Source of the DNA: Planctomycetota bacterium
Lineage (GTDB): Bacteria; Planctomycetota; UBA1135; UBA2386
NCBI GenBank assembly: GCA_041178545.1
Contig: JBEGVB010000167.1
Location: forward strand, 6,438-70,437
DNA: 64,000 bases
Reading direction: 5' to 3'
The notes beneath the pieces are model-generated. The model searched no databases. It had not been told where the DNA came from and saw nothing but the letters and a program-made list of their open reading frames with translations. This document shows positions 7,859-16,764 of the stretch, piece after piece (position 1 is the first letter of the stretch; each line of letters opens with the position of its first letter). The position numbers and the translations under genes were made by a program.

Positions 7859-10090
7859 TCACCAGTCGCCGAAGGAGTCGTCGGGCTCCGTGCTCGGCGG
7901 CGGGGGAGGCGGGGCATCGAGACCCGGCAGCACACCCGGTGCGGGCGGCGGCCGGTAGTCGTCCATGCCCTCCTCGGGCAGGCGGGTGCGCTTCTTCTTG
8001 CGCTGCCCCTCGACGATCGAGCCAAAGGTGGGAACCCGCTTCGGGTCGAGTTCGACGTCGAATGCCGACAGGTCCAGCGGCGGCGGCTCGATCACGTCGA
8101 CCTTGCCGCGGCGGTCCACGTGGCGCGGCACCACGTCGACGTCGCGGTTGCCACCGTCCCTGCGGCCGCGTCGGTCGCGCCGGTCCCGGCGACCACCACG
8201 GTCGCGGTCCCGGTCGCGGCGCGGGCCCTGACCCTGCTGGCCCTGACCCTGCTGGCCCTGATCTCGCTGGCCCTGGCCTTGGCGACCCTGGCCCTGCTGG
8301 CCCTCGTGCCGTCGCGGGCCCTGGCCCTGCGGTGCATTGGGGTCGCGCTGCGGCCTCGCGCCCTCGCCCTGTCCCTCGTGTGCGCCGCGGTCCTCGTGGA
8401 ACACGGCTTCGCCATGGGGGGCGGGAGCCTCGGCGTGCGGGAACGGCTGGTCGTCACCGTGGCCACGGCGGCGCCTGCGGCGACGGCGCCTGCGCCTGCC
8501 ACCGCGGTCGTCGTCGCCACCGGTTGCATCGCGCGGCTCGCGGGACTCGCCCTCGGGCAGGTCCTGCCCGTCGTGCGGGCCCTCCGCCGGGTCCGCCTCG
8601 CCCGCGGGCGCCTCGCGGTCGCCCTCGAACGGTGCAGACTCCAACGACTCGTCAGCACCTTCGGCACTGCCGGGCACCTGCGCGCCCTCGAACCCCTCGT
8701 CGCGGTGTCCGCGACGACGGCGCCGCCTGCGCCTGCGCCGGCCACCGCGGTCCTCGTCGCCGGCACCTTCCTCGCGGAACTCACCGGCAGCCATGGGCTC
8801 GCCCGGCTGCTGCTCGCCCTCGGCGGGCGGTTCGGTCGCAGCGGCCCCGCCTGCAGCAGCCTGCTGCAGGAAGGCGGAGCGGCGTTGCGCGTTGGGCTGG
8901 AACTCGCGCTGCGGGTCGCGGCCGAGCACGGTGCACTCGCGCCGTGCGCCGAAGTCCGCAGCCAGCTCGCGCCAGCGACGGACCAGGCCCGTGTCGATGC
9001 CGAGCGCGCTCGCGCGCAGCTCGAACAGGTCGAGGGCCTCGAGGAAGTAGGCACCGCGCACGAAGCCCTGCACCTTGAATCGCTTGGCCTCGTCCAGTTG
9101 CTCGAACCGGGGCTGCACGCCGCAGGCGCGCTTGAGGCAGCCTGCGTCGCGCCGCGGCAACCGCAGCATCTGGCAGAACGGTGCCAGCAGGTCCTCGGCA
9201 ACCGAGGTCGAGCTGCGGTCCCCGGCTTGGCCCGTCTCCTCGAGCACGGCACCCGCGAAGAGTGCGCCGAGCAGCACTGCGTTGGCCGGCGTGTACCCGT
9301 GCTGGATGCGCAGGTCGAGTGCCTCGAGCGTGCGCCAGAAGGCGACGCGCGTCTGCTGCGATGCCGAGCCAAGGTGGTCGGACAGCAGCGGCAGGATCAC
9401 GCGCAGGGCACCCACGTCGCGCAGCAGCTGGAAGCTCTCCAGCGAGTGGCCCGAACGCAGCAGCCGCAGGACCTCCTCCAGCACGCGCGGCGGCGCCGCG
9501 CGCACGAGGTCCGGGGACGCCTCGGCCATGGCCGCGTGGGTCTCCGGGTCGATGTGGAGGTCCAGCCGGCCGGCGAACTTGGCGGCGCGCAGGATGCGCA
9601 CCGGGTCCTCGCGGAACCGCACCCGCGGGTCACCGATGGTGCGGATGATCCGCGACCGGATGTCCGAGAGGCCGTCCGCGTAGTCGAGGATGCGGTCCTC
9701 GAGGGGGTCCAGCAGCAGGGCGTTGACCGTGAAGTCGCGGCGCAGCGCGTCCTGCTCGGCATTCCCGAACTCGTTGTCCTGGGTGATCAGGAGGTCCCCG
9801 GAGTCCGGGTCCTCGGTCTGCGGCGAGCGCCGGAAGGTCGACACCTCCAGGATCTTGGTGTTCCCGTGGAAGTGCAGGTGCGCAAGCTTGAAACGCCTGC
9901 CGATGATGCGGCAGTTGTAGGGAAAGGTCCGTTTGACCTGTTGGGGCCGGGCGGAGGTCGCGATGTCGTAGTCCTTCGGCTTCTTGCCGAGGAGCAGATC
10001 GCGGACGCAGCCGCCGACCAGATAGGCCTCGAAGCCCCGGGAGTGCAGCCGCTGCAGAGCCCGGACGGCGTCCGGGTCGAGCTGGCTCAC
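7859..10090 (-). CDS. pcnB: Poly(A) polymerase I / CCA-adding family nucleotidyltransferase with long Arg/Gly/Gln-rich C-terminal tail
   Basis: N-terminal 'AYLVGGCVRDLLLGKKPKDYDIAT', 'RRFKLAHLHF', 'RRDFTVNALLLD' and 'REDPVRILRAAKFA' are typical PcnB motifs. The last roughly 320 aa are low complexity (see findings). GTG start at 10090. Confidence 0.85.
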   Translation of the reverse strand: MSQLDPDAVRALQRLHSRGFEAYLVGGCVRDLLLGKKPKDYDIATSARPQQVKRTFPYNCRIIGRRFKLAHLHFHGNTKILEVSTFRRSPQTEDPDSGDLLITQDNEFGNAEQDALRRDFTVNALLLDPLEDRILDYADGLSDIRSRIIRTIGDPRVRFREDPVRILRAAKFAGRLDLHIDPETHAAMAEASPDLVRAAPPRVLEEVLRLLRSGHSLESFQLLRDVGALRVILPLLSDHLGSASQQTRVAFWRTLEALDLRIQHGYTPANAVLLGALFAGAVLEETGQAGDRSSTSVAEDLLAPFCQMLRLPRRDAGCLKRACGVQPRFEQLDEAKRFKVQGFVRGAYFLEALDLFELRASALGIDTGLVRRWRELAADFGARRECTVLGRDPQREFQPNAQRRSAFLQQAAAGGAAATEPPAEGEQQPGEPMAAGEFREEGAGDEDRGGRRRRRRRRRRGHRDEGFEGAQVPGSAEGADESLESAPFEGDREAPAGEADPAEGPHDGQDLPEGESREPRDATGGDDDRGGRRRRRRRRRRRGHGDDQPFPHAEAPAPHGEAVFHEDRGAHEGQGEGARPQRDPNAPQGQGPRRHEGQQGQGRQGQGQRDQGQQGQGQQGQGPRRDRDRDRGGRRDRRDRRGRRDGGNRDVDVVPRHVDRRGKVDVIEPPPLDLSAFDVELDPKRVPTFGSIVEGQRKKKRTRLPEEGMDDYRPPPAPGVLPGLDAPPPPPPSTEPDDSFGDW
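8226..8300 (-). repeat. 15-nt tandem coding repeat (about 5 units) encoding Q/G pentapeptides inside the pcnB tail
   Basis: The plus-strand unit 'ccctgaccctgctgg' occurs twice perfectly (8226-8240 and 8241-8255), followed by three degenerate units with the same period. It translates on the minus strand to GQQGQ/GQGQR-type repeats. Confidence 0.8.
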
Positions 10091-10240
10091 GTCGAGGCCA
10101 GATGGCGTAAGGATCGTGGGTTCGATCGTCGTAACCCCTGAAATCGGAAAGAGGAAAGAAAAGCGCGAGGGGTTGTATCCGCGGTCCGGACGAGGCTCAA
10201 CGTGTTTGTGCCAAGGTGCGGGCGGGTCGCACCCCTTCGG

Positions 10241-11785
10241 TCACAGCCGCACGGTCTCGACCGAGGCCTCGGTGGTGCCCACGCCCTGGCCGCCGAGGAG
10301 CACCAGGGTGCCGTCCGGCAGGAGCGCGGCGGCATGGGCGCTGCGGGCCACCTGCAGCGGCGGCAGGGTGGTCCAGGTGTTGGTGGCGGGGTCGAACTTC
10401 TCCACCCCGTCGATGGAGACCGTGGCGCTCAGGGTTCCCTGCGCCCCGCCGCACACCAGCACCTCGCCGTTGGGCATCCGGGTGGCCGTGTGCAGGGTGC
10501 GGGCGGTGGCCATGTTGGCGGAGGTGAAGGTGTTGGTGGCCGGGGTGTAGTACTCGGCGTTGGCCGTGGCCGCGGCGTTGGCTGCGTTCAGCAGGTCCGG
10601 GACGAAGATGCCGCCGCTGAACAGCACGCGGCCGTCGGCCAGGGCCACCTGGTTGAAGTGGTGGCCGGCGCGACCGGCGCGCATGGCGGGCCCGGCGGAC
10701 CAGCTGTTGGTGGCAGGGTTCCAGAGCTGGGTGGCGGTGGTGGAGACCGCCGAGATCGGCAGGCCGAACAAGAAGCCCACCTGCACGCCGCCCGAGGTCA
10801 TCACGCGGTTGTCGGGCAGGCGCGTGAGCGCTGGGGCCAGCCGGCGGCCGCCGAGGGCCGGTCCGCTGGTCCACGCTCCCGTGTTCGGGTTCCAGAACTC
10901 GACCGAGGACAGCACGTTGCTGATGGTGGAGGTCTGGTCCACCACCGAACTGGTGCCGCCGGCAACCATCACGCGGCCGTCCGCGAGGGTGACCGCGGCA
11001 TGCAGCACGCGCGGCGACAGCATCGAGCCCGTCGCGGTGAAGGTGTTGGTCGCGGGGTTGTAGAGGTCACAGGTCGCCGTGGCGGCGCCGGCACCGTCCG
11101 TGCCGCCGGTGATGAGCACGCGGCCGTCGGGGAGCCGGGCGAAGGTCGCCAGCGCGCGTGCCGCGCTCATGGCCGGGCCCGGGCGCGTGGTCATGGTGCG
11201 GAAGTCCCAGAACTCGGTGGTCTGCAGGCCGAGGCCGCCGGTCAGCGTCCCGCTGCCGCCGCCGGCAAGCAGCACGTCGCCTGCACCTGCGTTCTCGTTG
11301 GGGTCGGGGAAGGCAGAGGCGATCGACCGCGGTGTCGCGAGCGCAGCCGGGGCCAGGACCGAGTCGCCAGCGAGCGAGGTCTGGGTGCGGATCGGGTTGC
11401 TGATCGGGCCCACGAGGGACACGGTGCCGGGCACCGCGGACTGCCAGTTGAGCAGCAGGCTGGCGAGTGCAGGGTCGTTGGGCAGCGGCAGCGAGTACTG
11501 GGCCGCACCGGCGCCGTCGCTGAAGAGCACCTGCCAGTTGCCGCTCAGCTCGGTGCCGATGGCGAGCACGCGCGGGTCGTTGGGGTCGAATGCGCTGATC
11601 GGGGTGGGGCCGCCGGTCACCGACGGCATGAGCACCACGGCCGAGTTCGCCGGTGCCGCCGTGATGCGCAGCACGAGGTTCGTGCCCAGGGTGCCGGCAG
11701 TGGACTTGTCGAGGTTGAAGTCGCCCTGCGCGAGGGCGAGGGCGGGCAGGAGGGCAACGGTGGCAGCGTGGACGATCAGTCGCAT
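10241..11785 (-). CDS. Secreted Kelch-repeat beta-propeller protein
   Basis: Signal peptide 'MRLIVHAATVALLPALALAQG'. The C-terminal roughly 330 aa contain repeated 'R..h.a..L.DGRVLv.GG...' blades ('ARLPDGRVLITGG', 'TLADGRVMVAGG', 'RLPDNRVMTSGG', 'ALADGRVLFSGG', 'RMPNGEVLVCGG', 'LLPDGTLVLLGG'). Confidence 0.8.
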   Translation of the reverse strand: MRLIVHAATVALLPALALAQGDFNLDKSTAGTLGTNLVLRITAAPANSAVVLMPSVTGGPTPISAFDPNDPRVLAIGTELSGNWQVLFSDGAGAAQYSLPLPNDPALASLLLNWQSAVPGTVSLVGPISNPIRTQTSLAGDSVLAPAALATPRSIASAFPDPNENAGAGDVLLAGGGSGTLTGGLGLQTTEFWDFRTMTTRPGPAMSAARALATFARLPDGRVLITGGTDGAGAATATCDLYNPATNTFTATGSMLSPRVLHAAVTLADGRVMVAGGTSSVVDQTSTISNVLSSVEFWNPNTGAWTSGPALGGRRLAPALTRLPDNRVMTSGGVQVGFLFGLPISAVSTTATQLWNPATNSWSAGPAMRAGRAGHHFNQVALADGRVLFSGGIFVPDLLNAANAAATANAEYYTPATNTFTSANMATARTLHTATRMPNGEVLVCGGAQGTLSATVSIDGVEKFDPATNTWTTLPPLQVARSAHAAALLPDGTLVLLGGQGVGTTEASVETVRL

Positions 11786-11917
11786 GGTGTGGGCCTCAGG
11801 TTTGCGCGCGGGGCGCGTCGAGGCGGGGAAGTGTAGCTGGCGGGGGACGGCCGGGGGGCCCCAGCCGGTGATTCGCCAGCGCCCGTGCCACCGGCCTTCC
11901 GGTGCAGCGGACCGGCG

Positions 11918-13147
11918 TCAGCCGCCGTCGACCTCGACCGGGTCGCACACCTCGAAGTCCGCGTCGCGGTCGTCGAGGAAACCTTCGGGCAGGGCCACGT
12001 GTTCCTGCGGCCTGCCGTCCTTGCAGCGGCGCGCGCGCAAGCCGACCTCGGGGTAGCGCTCGTCGCGGGGCAGCTGGGCGAGGATCGCGTCCAGCTCGTC
12101 CAGCGTGTCGATGTTGTGCAGCGCGTGGATGTGGCGCTTGGTGCCCGGGAAGCCCTTGAGGTACCAGCCGGTGAACTTGCGCAGCTCGAGGATGCCCTTG
12201 CGCGGGCCGAAGAAGTCGACCAGCAACCGCGCGTGCTCGCGCACGGTGTCGCACACCGTGCCGAGGTCGGGTGGCGTGCGCGGCTCGCGCCCGTCGAACA
12301 CGTCGCACAGCTCGCCGAACAGCCAGGGCCTGCCGAGGCAACCGCGGCCGACCACCACGCCGTCGCAGCCCGTCTGGCGCATCATGCGCAGCGCGTCGAA
12401 GCTCTCGAACACGTCGCCGTTGCCGAGCACCGGGATCGATCGCACCTGCTGCTTGAGCTCGGCGATCGCGTTCCAGTCGGCCTCGCCCGAGTACAGCTGG
12501 GCTGCCGTGCGCGCGTGCAGCGCCACGGCCTTCGCACCCTCCTGTTCCGCGATGCGGCCTGCGTCGCGGAACGTGAGCAGCGTGTCGTTGATGCCCTTGC
12601 GGAACTTGAGCGTGACCGGCACCGCGCCTGCCGACTGCACGACCGCGCGCACGATGGCGGTCATCATGCGCGGGCGCACCGGGATCGCCGCGCCGCCGCC
12701 GCTGGCAGTCACCTTGCGCACCGGGCAACCGAAGTTCATGTCGATGTGGTGCACGCCCCAGTCGTTGACCAGGATGCGCGTGGCCTCCGCCAGCGCTGCG
12801 GGCTGGGTCCCGTAGAGCTGGATCGACCGCAGGTTGTTCTCGTCGGGGCCGAACGACGCCAACTTGAGCGTCTTGGCGTGGCCCTCGACGAAGGCTCGCG
12901 CCGTGATCATCTCGCTCACGTACAGGCAGCGGTCGCCGGAGAAGCGCCGACACAGCGTGCGGAACGGGGCGTTGGTGACGCCTGCCATCGGGGCCAGCAC
13001 CACCGGCGGGTACACCGACAGCGGACCGAACTGCAGCGGCGCGAACTCGCCGGCAGCGGCAGGCATCACGTCGCGGTTGAGTTCACTGCGCATGGCGGCT
13101 GGCACGGGGGTGGGGCACCCGTAGAGGGTCGCCCCCAGTAGGGTCAC
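11918..13147 (-). CDS. dus: tRNA-dihydrouridine synthase
   Basis: 'VVLAPMAGVTNAPFR', 'HHIDMNFGCPVRKV', 'PVTLKFRKG', 'ALHARTAAQLYSGEADW' and 'PVLGNGDV' form the Dus family signature. An alternative start is at 13093 (MRSELN). Confidence 0.9.
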   Translation of the reverse strand: MTLLGATLYGCPTPVPAAMRSELNRDVMPAAAGEFAPLQFGPLSVYPPVVLAPMAGVTNAPFRTLCRRFSGDRCLYVSEMITARAFVEGHAKTLKLASFGPDENNLRSIQLYGTQPAALAEATRILVNDWGVHHIDMNFGCPVRKVTASGGGAAIPVRPRMMTAIVRAVVQSAGAVPVTLKFRKGINDTLLTFRDAGRIAEQEGAKAVALHARTAAQLYSGEADWNAIAELKQQVRSIPVLGNGDVFESFDALRMMRQTGCDGVVVGRGCLGRPWLFGELCDVFDGREPRTPPDLGTVCDTVREHARLLVDFFGPRKGILELRKFTGWYLKGFPGTKRHIHALHNIDTLDELDAILAQLPRDERYPEVGLRARRCKDGRPQEHVALPEGFLDDRDADFEVCDPVEVDGG

Positions 13148-13207
13148 CCGGAAACGGAACGGTCACCCGGAAACGAAAGCGCCGCGGGGGGTGCCCGCGG
13201 CGCTCGA

Positions 13208-13296
13208 TGGTGCCCAGGAGAGGACTTGAACCTCCATGGGATGTTACTCCCGCTAGGACCTGAACCTAGTGCGTCTGCCAATTCCGCCACCTGGGC
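13208..13296 (-). tRNA. tRNA-Leu (anticodon CAG), CCA encoded
   Basis: Reverse complement reads GCCCAGGTGGCGGAATTGGCAGACGCACTAGGTTCAGGTCCTAGCGGGAGTAACATCCCATGGAGGTTCAAGTCCTCTCCTGGGCACCA. The 7-bp acceptor is GCCCAGG/CCTGGGC. The anticodon stem is CTAGG/CCTAG with loop TTCAGGT, and there is a long variable arm and a T-loop GGTTCAAGTCC. Confidence 0.92.
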
Positions 13297-13407
13297 GCGG
13301 ATCGGGGCGAGAAGGCTACCGGGTGTGCCGCGGTTTGCAAGCGTGTTCCGGCGCGTCGGCGCGTCCGTGTCCTTCCTTCCGCACCGTGTGCGACCTACCC
13401 TGCGTCC

Positions 13408-13884
13408 ATGGCAAAGGCGCAGGCAGGTGGCACCGGCAAGCCCCGTGCAGAGGTGCTGGTGTGCGACCACCGCAAGGCGCGCTTCCTGTTCGAGATCCTC
13501 GACACCGTCGAGGCCGGTCTCGTGCTCAAGGGCACGGAGATCAAGGTCATGCGCCAGGGGAAGATGACCCTCGACGAGAGCTACGCCAAGGTCGAGGGCG
13601 GCGAGGCCTGGCTGGTGGGGGCCAACATCCCCGTCTACAGCCACGGCAACCTGATGAACCACGAGCCCAAGCGGCGGCGCAAGCTGCTGCTGCACCGCCG
13701 GGAGATCGCGCGCCTCGGTGCGCGCACCCAGCAGCAGGGACTCACGCTCGTGCCACTGCGCGTCTACTTCGACGCCCGCGGCCGCGCCAAGGTCTCGATC
13801 GGCGTGGGCAAGGGCCGCAAGACCCACGACAAGCGCGCCGCCCTGCGCGACCGCGAGCACAAGCGCGACCTGCGCGACGACTGA
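13408..13884 (+). CDS. smpB: SsrA-binding protein
   Basis: 'ARFLFEILDTVEAGLVLKGTEIKVMR', 'YSHGNLMNHEPKRRRKLLLHRREI' and 'LTLVPLRVYF..RGRAKVSIGVGKGRKTHDKR' are canonical SmpB. It lies directly upstream of the tmRNA. Confidence 0.95.
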   Translation: MAKAQAGGTGKPRAEVLVCDHRKARFLFEILDTVEAGLVLKGTEIKVMRQGKMTLDESYAKVEGGEAWLVGANIPVYSHGNLMNHEPKRRRKLLLHRREIARLGARTQQQGLTLVPLRVYFDARGRAKVSIGVGKGRKTHDKRAALRDREHKRDLRDD

Positions 13885-13959
13885 CGCCGCGCCCGGGCAC
13901 ATTCGGTCCTTGACGGACCTGCCTGCCATGGCCGATACAGGGTGCGTCACCTGTCCTGT

Positions 13960-14313
13960 GGGGGCGATCGGCTTCGACCGGATGCTGTCACGGCCAGGGT
14001 GGCGTGCCGAGGTCCCGGGTCCTCGTGAATCCCTCGGGAAATCTGAAGTGCCAACACGCACTACTCCCTGGCTGCCTGATCTAGGTCAGTTCTAGCCACG
14101 CCGAGGTCCCACTGTCTGCGGGGGGCCGAGGCGCTACACAGCAGGCTGGCTGCATCCGGTTGCCCGGCACGGATGCGGCGAGACTTTGTCGGGATGGTCC
14201 GCGCGGATCCTGGTCGTCGGAGCCGCGCGGACGACACAAACGACGACCTACGCACGTAGAGGCCTTGGACGGGGCATCTTGGGACGCGGGTTCGATTCCC
14301 GCCGCCTCCACCA
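13960..14313 (+). ncRNA. ssrA: tmRNA (ssrA)
   Basis: The 5' end GGGGGCGATCGGCTTCGAC pairs with the 3' end CGCCTCC-A-CCA and includes a G3:U70 pair. The T-arm is GCGGG-TTCGATT-CCCGC. An internal tag reading frame is present, and the gene sits next to smpB. Confidence 0.93.
14050..14079 (+). other. tmRNA tag-peptide reading frame (A)NTHYSLAA + TGA
   Basis: GCC AAC ACG CAC TAC TCC CTG GCT GCC TGA. It begins with the Ala resume codon and ends with the LAA degron typical of SsrA tags. Confidence 0.75.
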
Positions 14314-14427
14314 CTTGCAGGGACCGGCACGGAGCGGCACGCGGCAACCGGAACGGGAGTCGCGTGCCGCACGGTGGCCCGCCCAAGGTCTCCGGACGGA
14401 CCGCCGGTCCGGCTACATTTGCGCCCC

Positions 14428-16107
14428 ATGCCGCACCGCGCCCTGCGCACCCTGCACCGGACCACAGTCCTGCTCGCGGCAGCGTTCCCGCTCGCGGCAC
14501 AGGCCGTGCAGGCCAACCCCGCGGTGCAGCCACTGGCGCTCGCCATCGAGTCCTGGGCAGAGGGCTTCGAGTCGGGTTCACTCGGGCCGCAGGGCACGCT
14601 CTCGCAGGCTGGGGCGCAACCGGGCTACGTGGCGCCCGCGCGGGCGGCGCGGTTGGTGGAGGAGCGCGACTTCAACCGGCTCACGCACCTCGACGTGCTG
14701 CAGCGCATGCTGGTGCAGGCCGAGCGCACGCCGTCGATGACGGTGGCAGACGCGGTGCTGAGCCTCGCCGGCGTGGGGTTCGAGCGCAGCCTCGCGGACC
14801 GCAACGCGATCGAGGTGCGCCAACTGGGCCACGACTCGTTGCTGAGGATGGACGATGCTGGCGTCGACCGGTTGCTGGCCGAGGTGGCTGCGAGCGGCGC
14901 GTCGCCGTTCGATGTCGCCGACACGCCGTCGGCGCTCGACCTCGGCAGGCGGGTCGCCGCGGTGCGGGTGCTGGCGCAGCGCGCGCGTGCCGCGGACCGG
15001 CCGGCAGTGGTGCAGGCGCTCGGTGCCGGCGACCCGCGCGTGCGGCTTGCCGCTGCCGAGGCACTCGAGCTGGCACAGGACCCGACGCTGTTGCCGATGC
15101 TCACGCGGGCGTTGGGCGTCGAGCGGCACCCAGTCGTGAGCCAGGCCCTCGTGCGCGCCATGCTCGCGCTGCTGCGGCGCAAGGACGAACTGCCTGCGGG
15201 CCAACTCGACCGCGCGCTGCAGACCGCGCTCGCGCGGCTCGGCACGATGGGTTGGCGCACGGACATGGACCTCGTGGACCTGGCCGCGTCGCTGCCGCGC
15301 AGGGATTCGGTGCCCGTGCTCATCGAGGTGCTCGACGGCAGGCGCGGCAAGGTCGACAAGCTGACCAAGGCCGTGAACGAGCGCGCTTCCCCGCTGCTCA
15401 TGGACCGTGCAGCGCGTGCGCTGCAGGAGATGACCGGGGCGCTGCACGGGACGGATGCCGCGGCATGGCGCGCCTTCTGGACCGCCGAGGGCGATCGCGT
15501 GGTGGTGCCGCCGCCACAGCGGGTGTCGGGCTTGGACGGCGGGACGCGGGCGCGCTTCTTCGACGTGCCGGTGACCGGTCGCGAGATCGCCTTCCTCATC
15601 GACACCTCGGGCTCCATGGACCAGGCCGCCTCCAGCGGCAGCGGCACCCGCCTCGACCTTGCCAAGGAGCAGTTGTTGCGGGCGGTGCAGTCCATGGGCA
15701 ACGAGTCGCGCGCCCACGTCATCACGTTCGATGCCGAGGCGCGCATCTGGACGCGCAAGCCGCTCACGTCCTCGTCCGAGTCGATCCGTTCGCTCACCGA
15801 GATCCTCGGCAGGTGGCGCGCGCTGGGCGGCACCAACCTTTACGAGGCCCTCGACCAGGCACTCTCGCTGCAGGAGCAGCGGTTCGGGGAACAGGTCGAG
15901 GGCGGCATCGAGGAGGTGTTCCTGCTCACCGACGGGGAGCCCACGAGCGGCGAGGTCACCGAGCCGCAGGAGATCCTCGACCTGGTGCGCAGTTCCAACC
16001 GCTACCGGCGTGTGCGCATCCACGCCGTCTTCACCGGCACCGGGAAGGGTGGTGAGTTCCTGCAGGAGCTGGCGGCGCAGAACGAGGGACAGTTCGTGAC
16101 GCGGTAG
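14428..16107 (+). CDS. Secreted HEAT/ARM-like repeat + von Willebrand factor A domain protein
   Basis: Signal peptide 'MPHRALRTLHRTTVLLAAAFPLAAQA' from ATG 14428. The helical repeats contain 'DPRVRLAAAEALE'. The C-terminal vWA domain has the MIDAS motif 'FLIDTSGSM', plus 'GGTNLYEAL' and 'VFLLTDGEPT'. Confidence 0.75.
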   Translation: MPHRALRTLHRTTVLLAAAFPLAAQAVQANPAVQPLALAIESWAEGFESGSLGPQGTLSQAGAQPGYVAPARAARLVEERDFNRLTHLDVLQRMLVQAERTPSMTVADAVLSLAGVGFERSLADRNAIEVRQLGHDSLLRMDDAGVDRLLAEVAASGASPFDVADTPSALDLGRRVAAVRVLAQRARAADRPAVVQALGAGDPRVRLAAAEALELAQDPTLLPMLTRALGVERHPVVSQALVRAMLALLRRKDELPAGQLDRALQTALARLGTMGWRTDMDLVDLAASLPRRDSVPVLIEVLDGRRGKVDKLTKAVNERASPLLMDRAARALQEMTGALHGTDAAAWRAFWTAEGDRVVVPPPQRVSGLDGGTRARFFDVPVTGREIAFLIDTSGSMDQAASSGSGTRLDLAKEQLLRAVQSMGNESRAHVITFDAEARIWTRKPLTSSSESIRSLTEILGRWRALGGTNLYEALDQALSLQEQRFGEQVEGGIEEVFLLTDGEPTSGEVTEPQEILDLVRSSNRYRRVRIHAVFTGTGKGGEFLQELAAQNEGQFVTR

Positions 16108-16131
16108 CCCGGGACCGGGCAGCTGGGTAAC

Positions 16132-16695
16132 GTGCCGCGCCCCATGAACCGCTGCCTCCATGCTGCCGTCCTCGCGCTCGCCCTCGGCCTCGCCGCCTGT
16201 GCCACGGGCAGCCCTGCCGGACCCTCGGTCGACCTGCCGGCCCATGCCAAGGCCGACCCGCGCATCGCGCCGCTCTCGTTCCTCTCGGGCCGCTGGGTGT
16301 GCGTCAACCCCAACAAGACGGTCAACGAGGAGCACTGGATGGTGCCGCGCGGGCAGTTCCTCGTCGGCACGTTCCGGCAGGTGCGCCTCGACGGGAAGTG
16401 CGCGTTCGTCGAGGTGAGCCAGGTCGCGATCCACGAGGACAAGGTGGTGCTGCGGCTGCGTCACATGCACCGCGACCTCGACGTGCCCGAGAAGCGCAAG
16501 GAGGTCTCGCTGTTTGAGTTGCAGTCGATGACCGACAGCAGGGTCGAGTTCCGCGGCACCGGCGACGCCGAGGGCGTGAGTGCCGTGGTCTACGAACGCA
16601 CGGGACCGGACGAGCTGCGCCAGTCGATCGAGTTCGACCCTGCCAAGACCAAGCAGCCGCCGTTCGTGTCGGTGTACCGCCGCGTGGCCGAGTGA
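16132..16695 (+). CDS. DUF6265-like lipoprotein
   Basis: Lipobox 'LALGLAAC'. 'LSFLSGRWV...EEHWMVPRGQFLVGTFR...VEVSQVAIHEDKVVLRLRHMH.DL' matches the pattern of the DUF6265 family. An alternative start is at 16144. Confidence 0.55.
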   Translation: MPRPMNRCLHAAVLALALGLAACATGSPAGPSVDLPAHAKADPRIAPLSFLSGRWVCVNPNKTVNEEHWMVPRGQFLVGTFRQVRLDGKCAFVEVSQVAIHEDKVVLRLRHMHRDLDVPEKRKEVSLFELQSMTDSRVEFRGTGDAEGVSAVVYERTGPDELRQSIEFDPAKTKQPPFVSVYRRVAE

Positions 16696-16764
16696 GCCGG
16701 TGTTGCGGGCCGCGACCGGCTGTGGTTTGCACGGCAGGTCGCCATCGGTGAGGATCGTGCGGAC

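Noticed and set aside
8226-8300. Short tandem repeats and the duplicated poly-Arg-encoding units (8459-8509, 8705-8752) as a possible CRISPR or mobile repeat
   Set aside because: The 15-nt units are contiguous with no spacers, lie in frame inside pcnB, and encode Q/G and Arg low-complexity peptide. This is a coding microsatellite-like repeat, not a CRISPR array or an IS end.
10100-10140. tRNA-like 'GGGTTCGATCG' T-loop-looking sequence upstream of pcnB
   Set aside because: The flanking bases do not form a T-stem, acceptor stem or anticodon arm on either strand. It is only a short GATCG...CGATC palindrome in the pcnB leader.
6923-10141. 1072-aa plus-strand ORF spanning the panB/pcnB region
   Set aside because: It is antisense to two genes with unmistakable family signatures (PanB, PcnB). 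Its translation is Arg/Ala/Gly/His-rich with no recognisable motifs. Long stop-free antisense frames are expected in very GC-rich DNA.
10202-11836. 544-aa plus-strand ORF opposite the Kelch-repeat gene
   Set aside because: It is antisense to a gene with a clear signal peptide and six Kelch-like blades. Its translation is Gly/Arg/Ala-rich and repetitive only because it mirrors the repeats on the other strand.
14314-14427. Genomic island or prophage integrated at the 3' end of ssrA
   Set aside because: tmRNA genes are frequent integration sites. However, no integrase follows, the 3' tmRNA sequence (TTCGATTCCCGCCGCCTCCACCA) is not repeated anywhere in the window, and the next gene is an ordinary secreted vWA protein 114 nt downstream.
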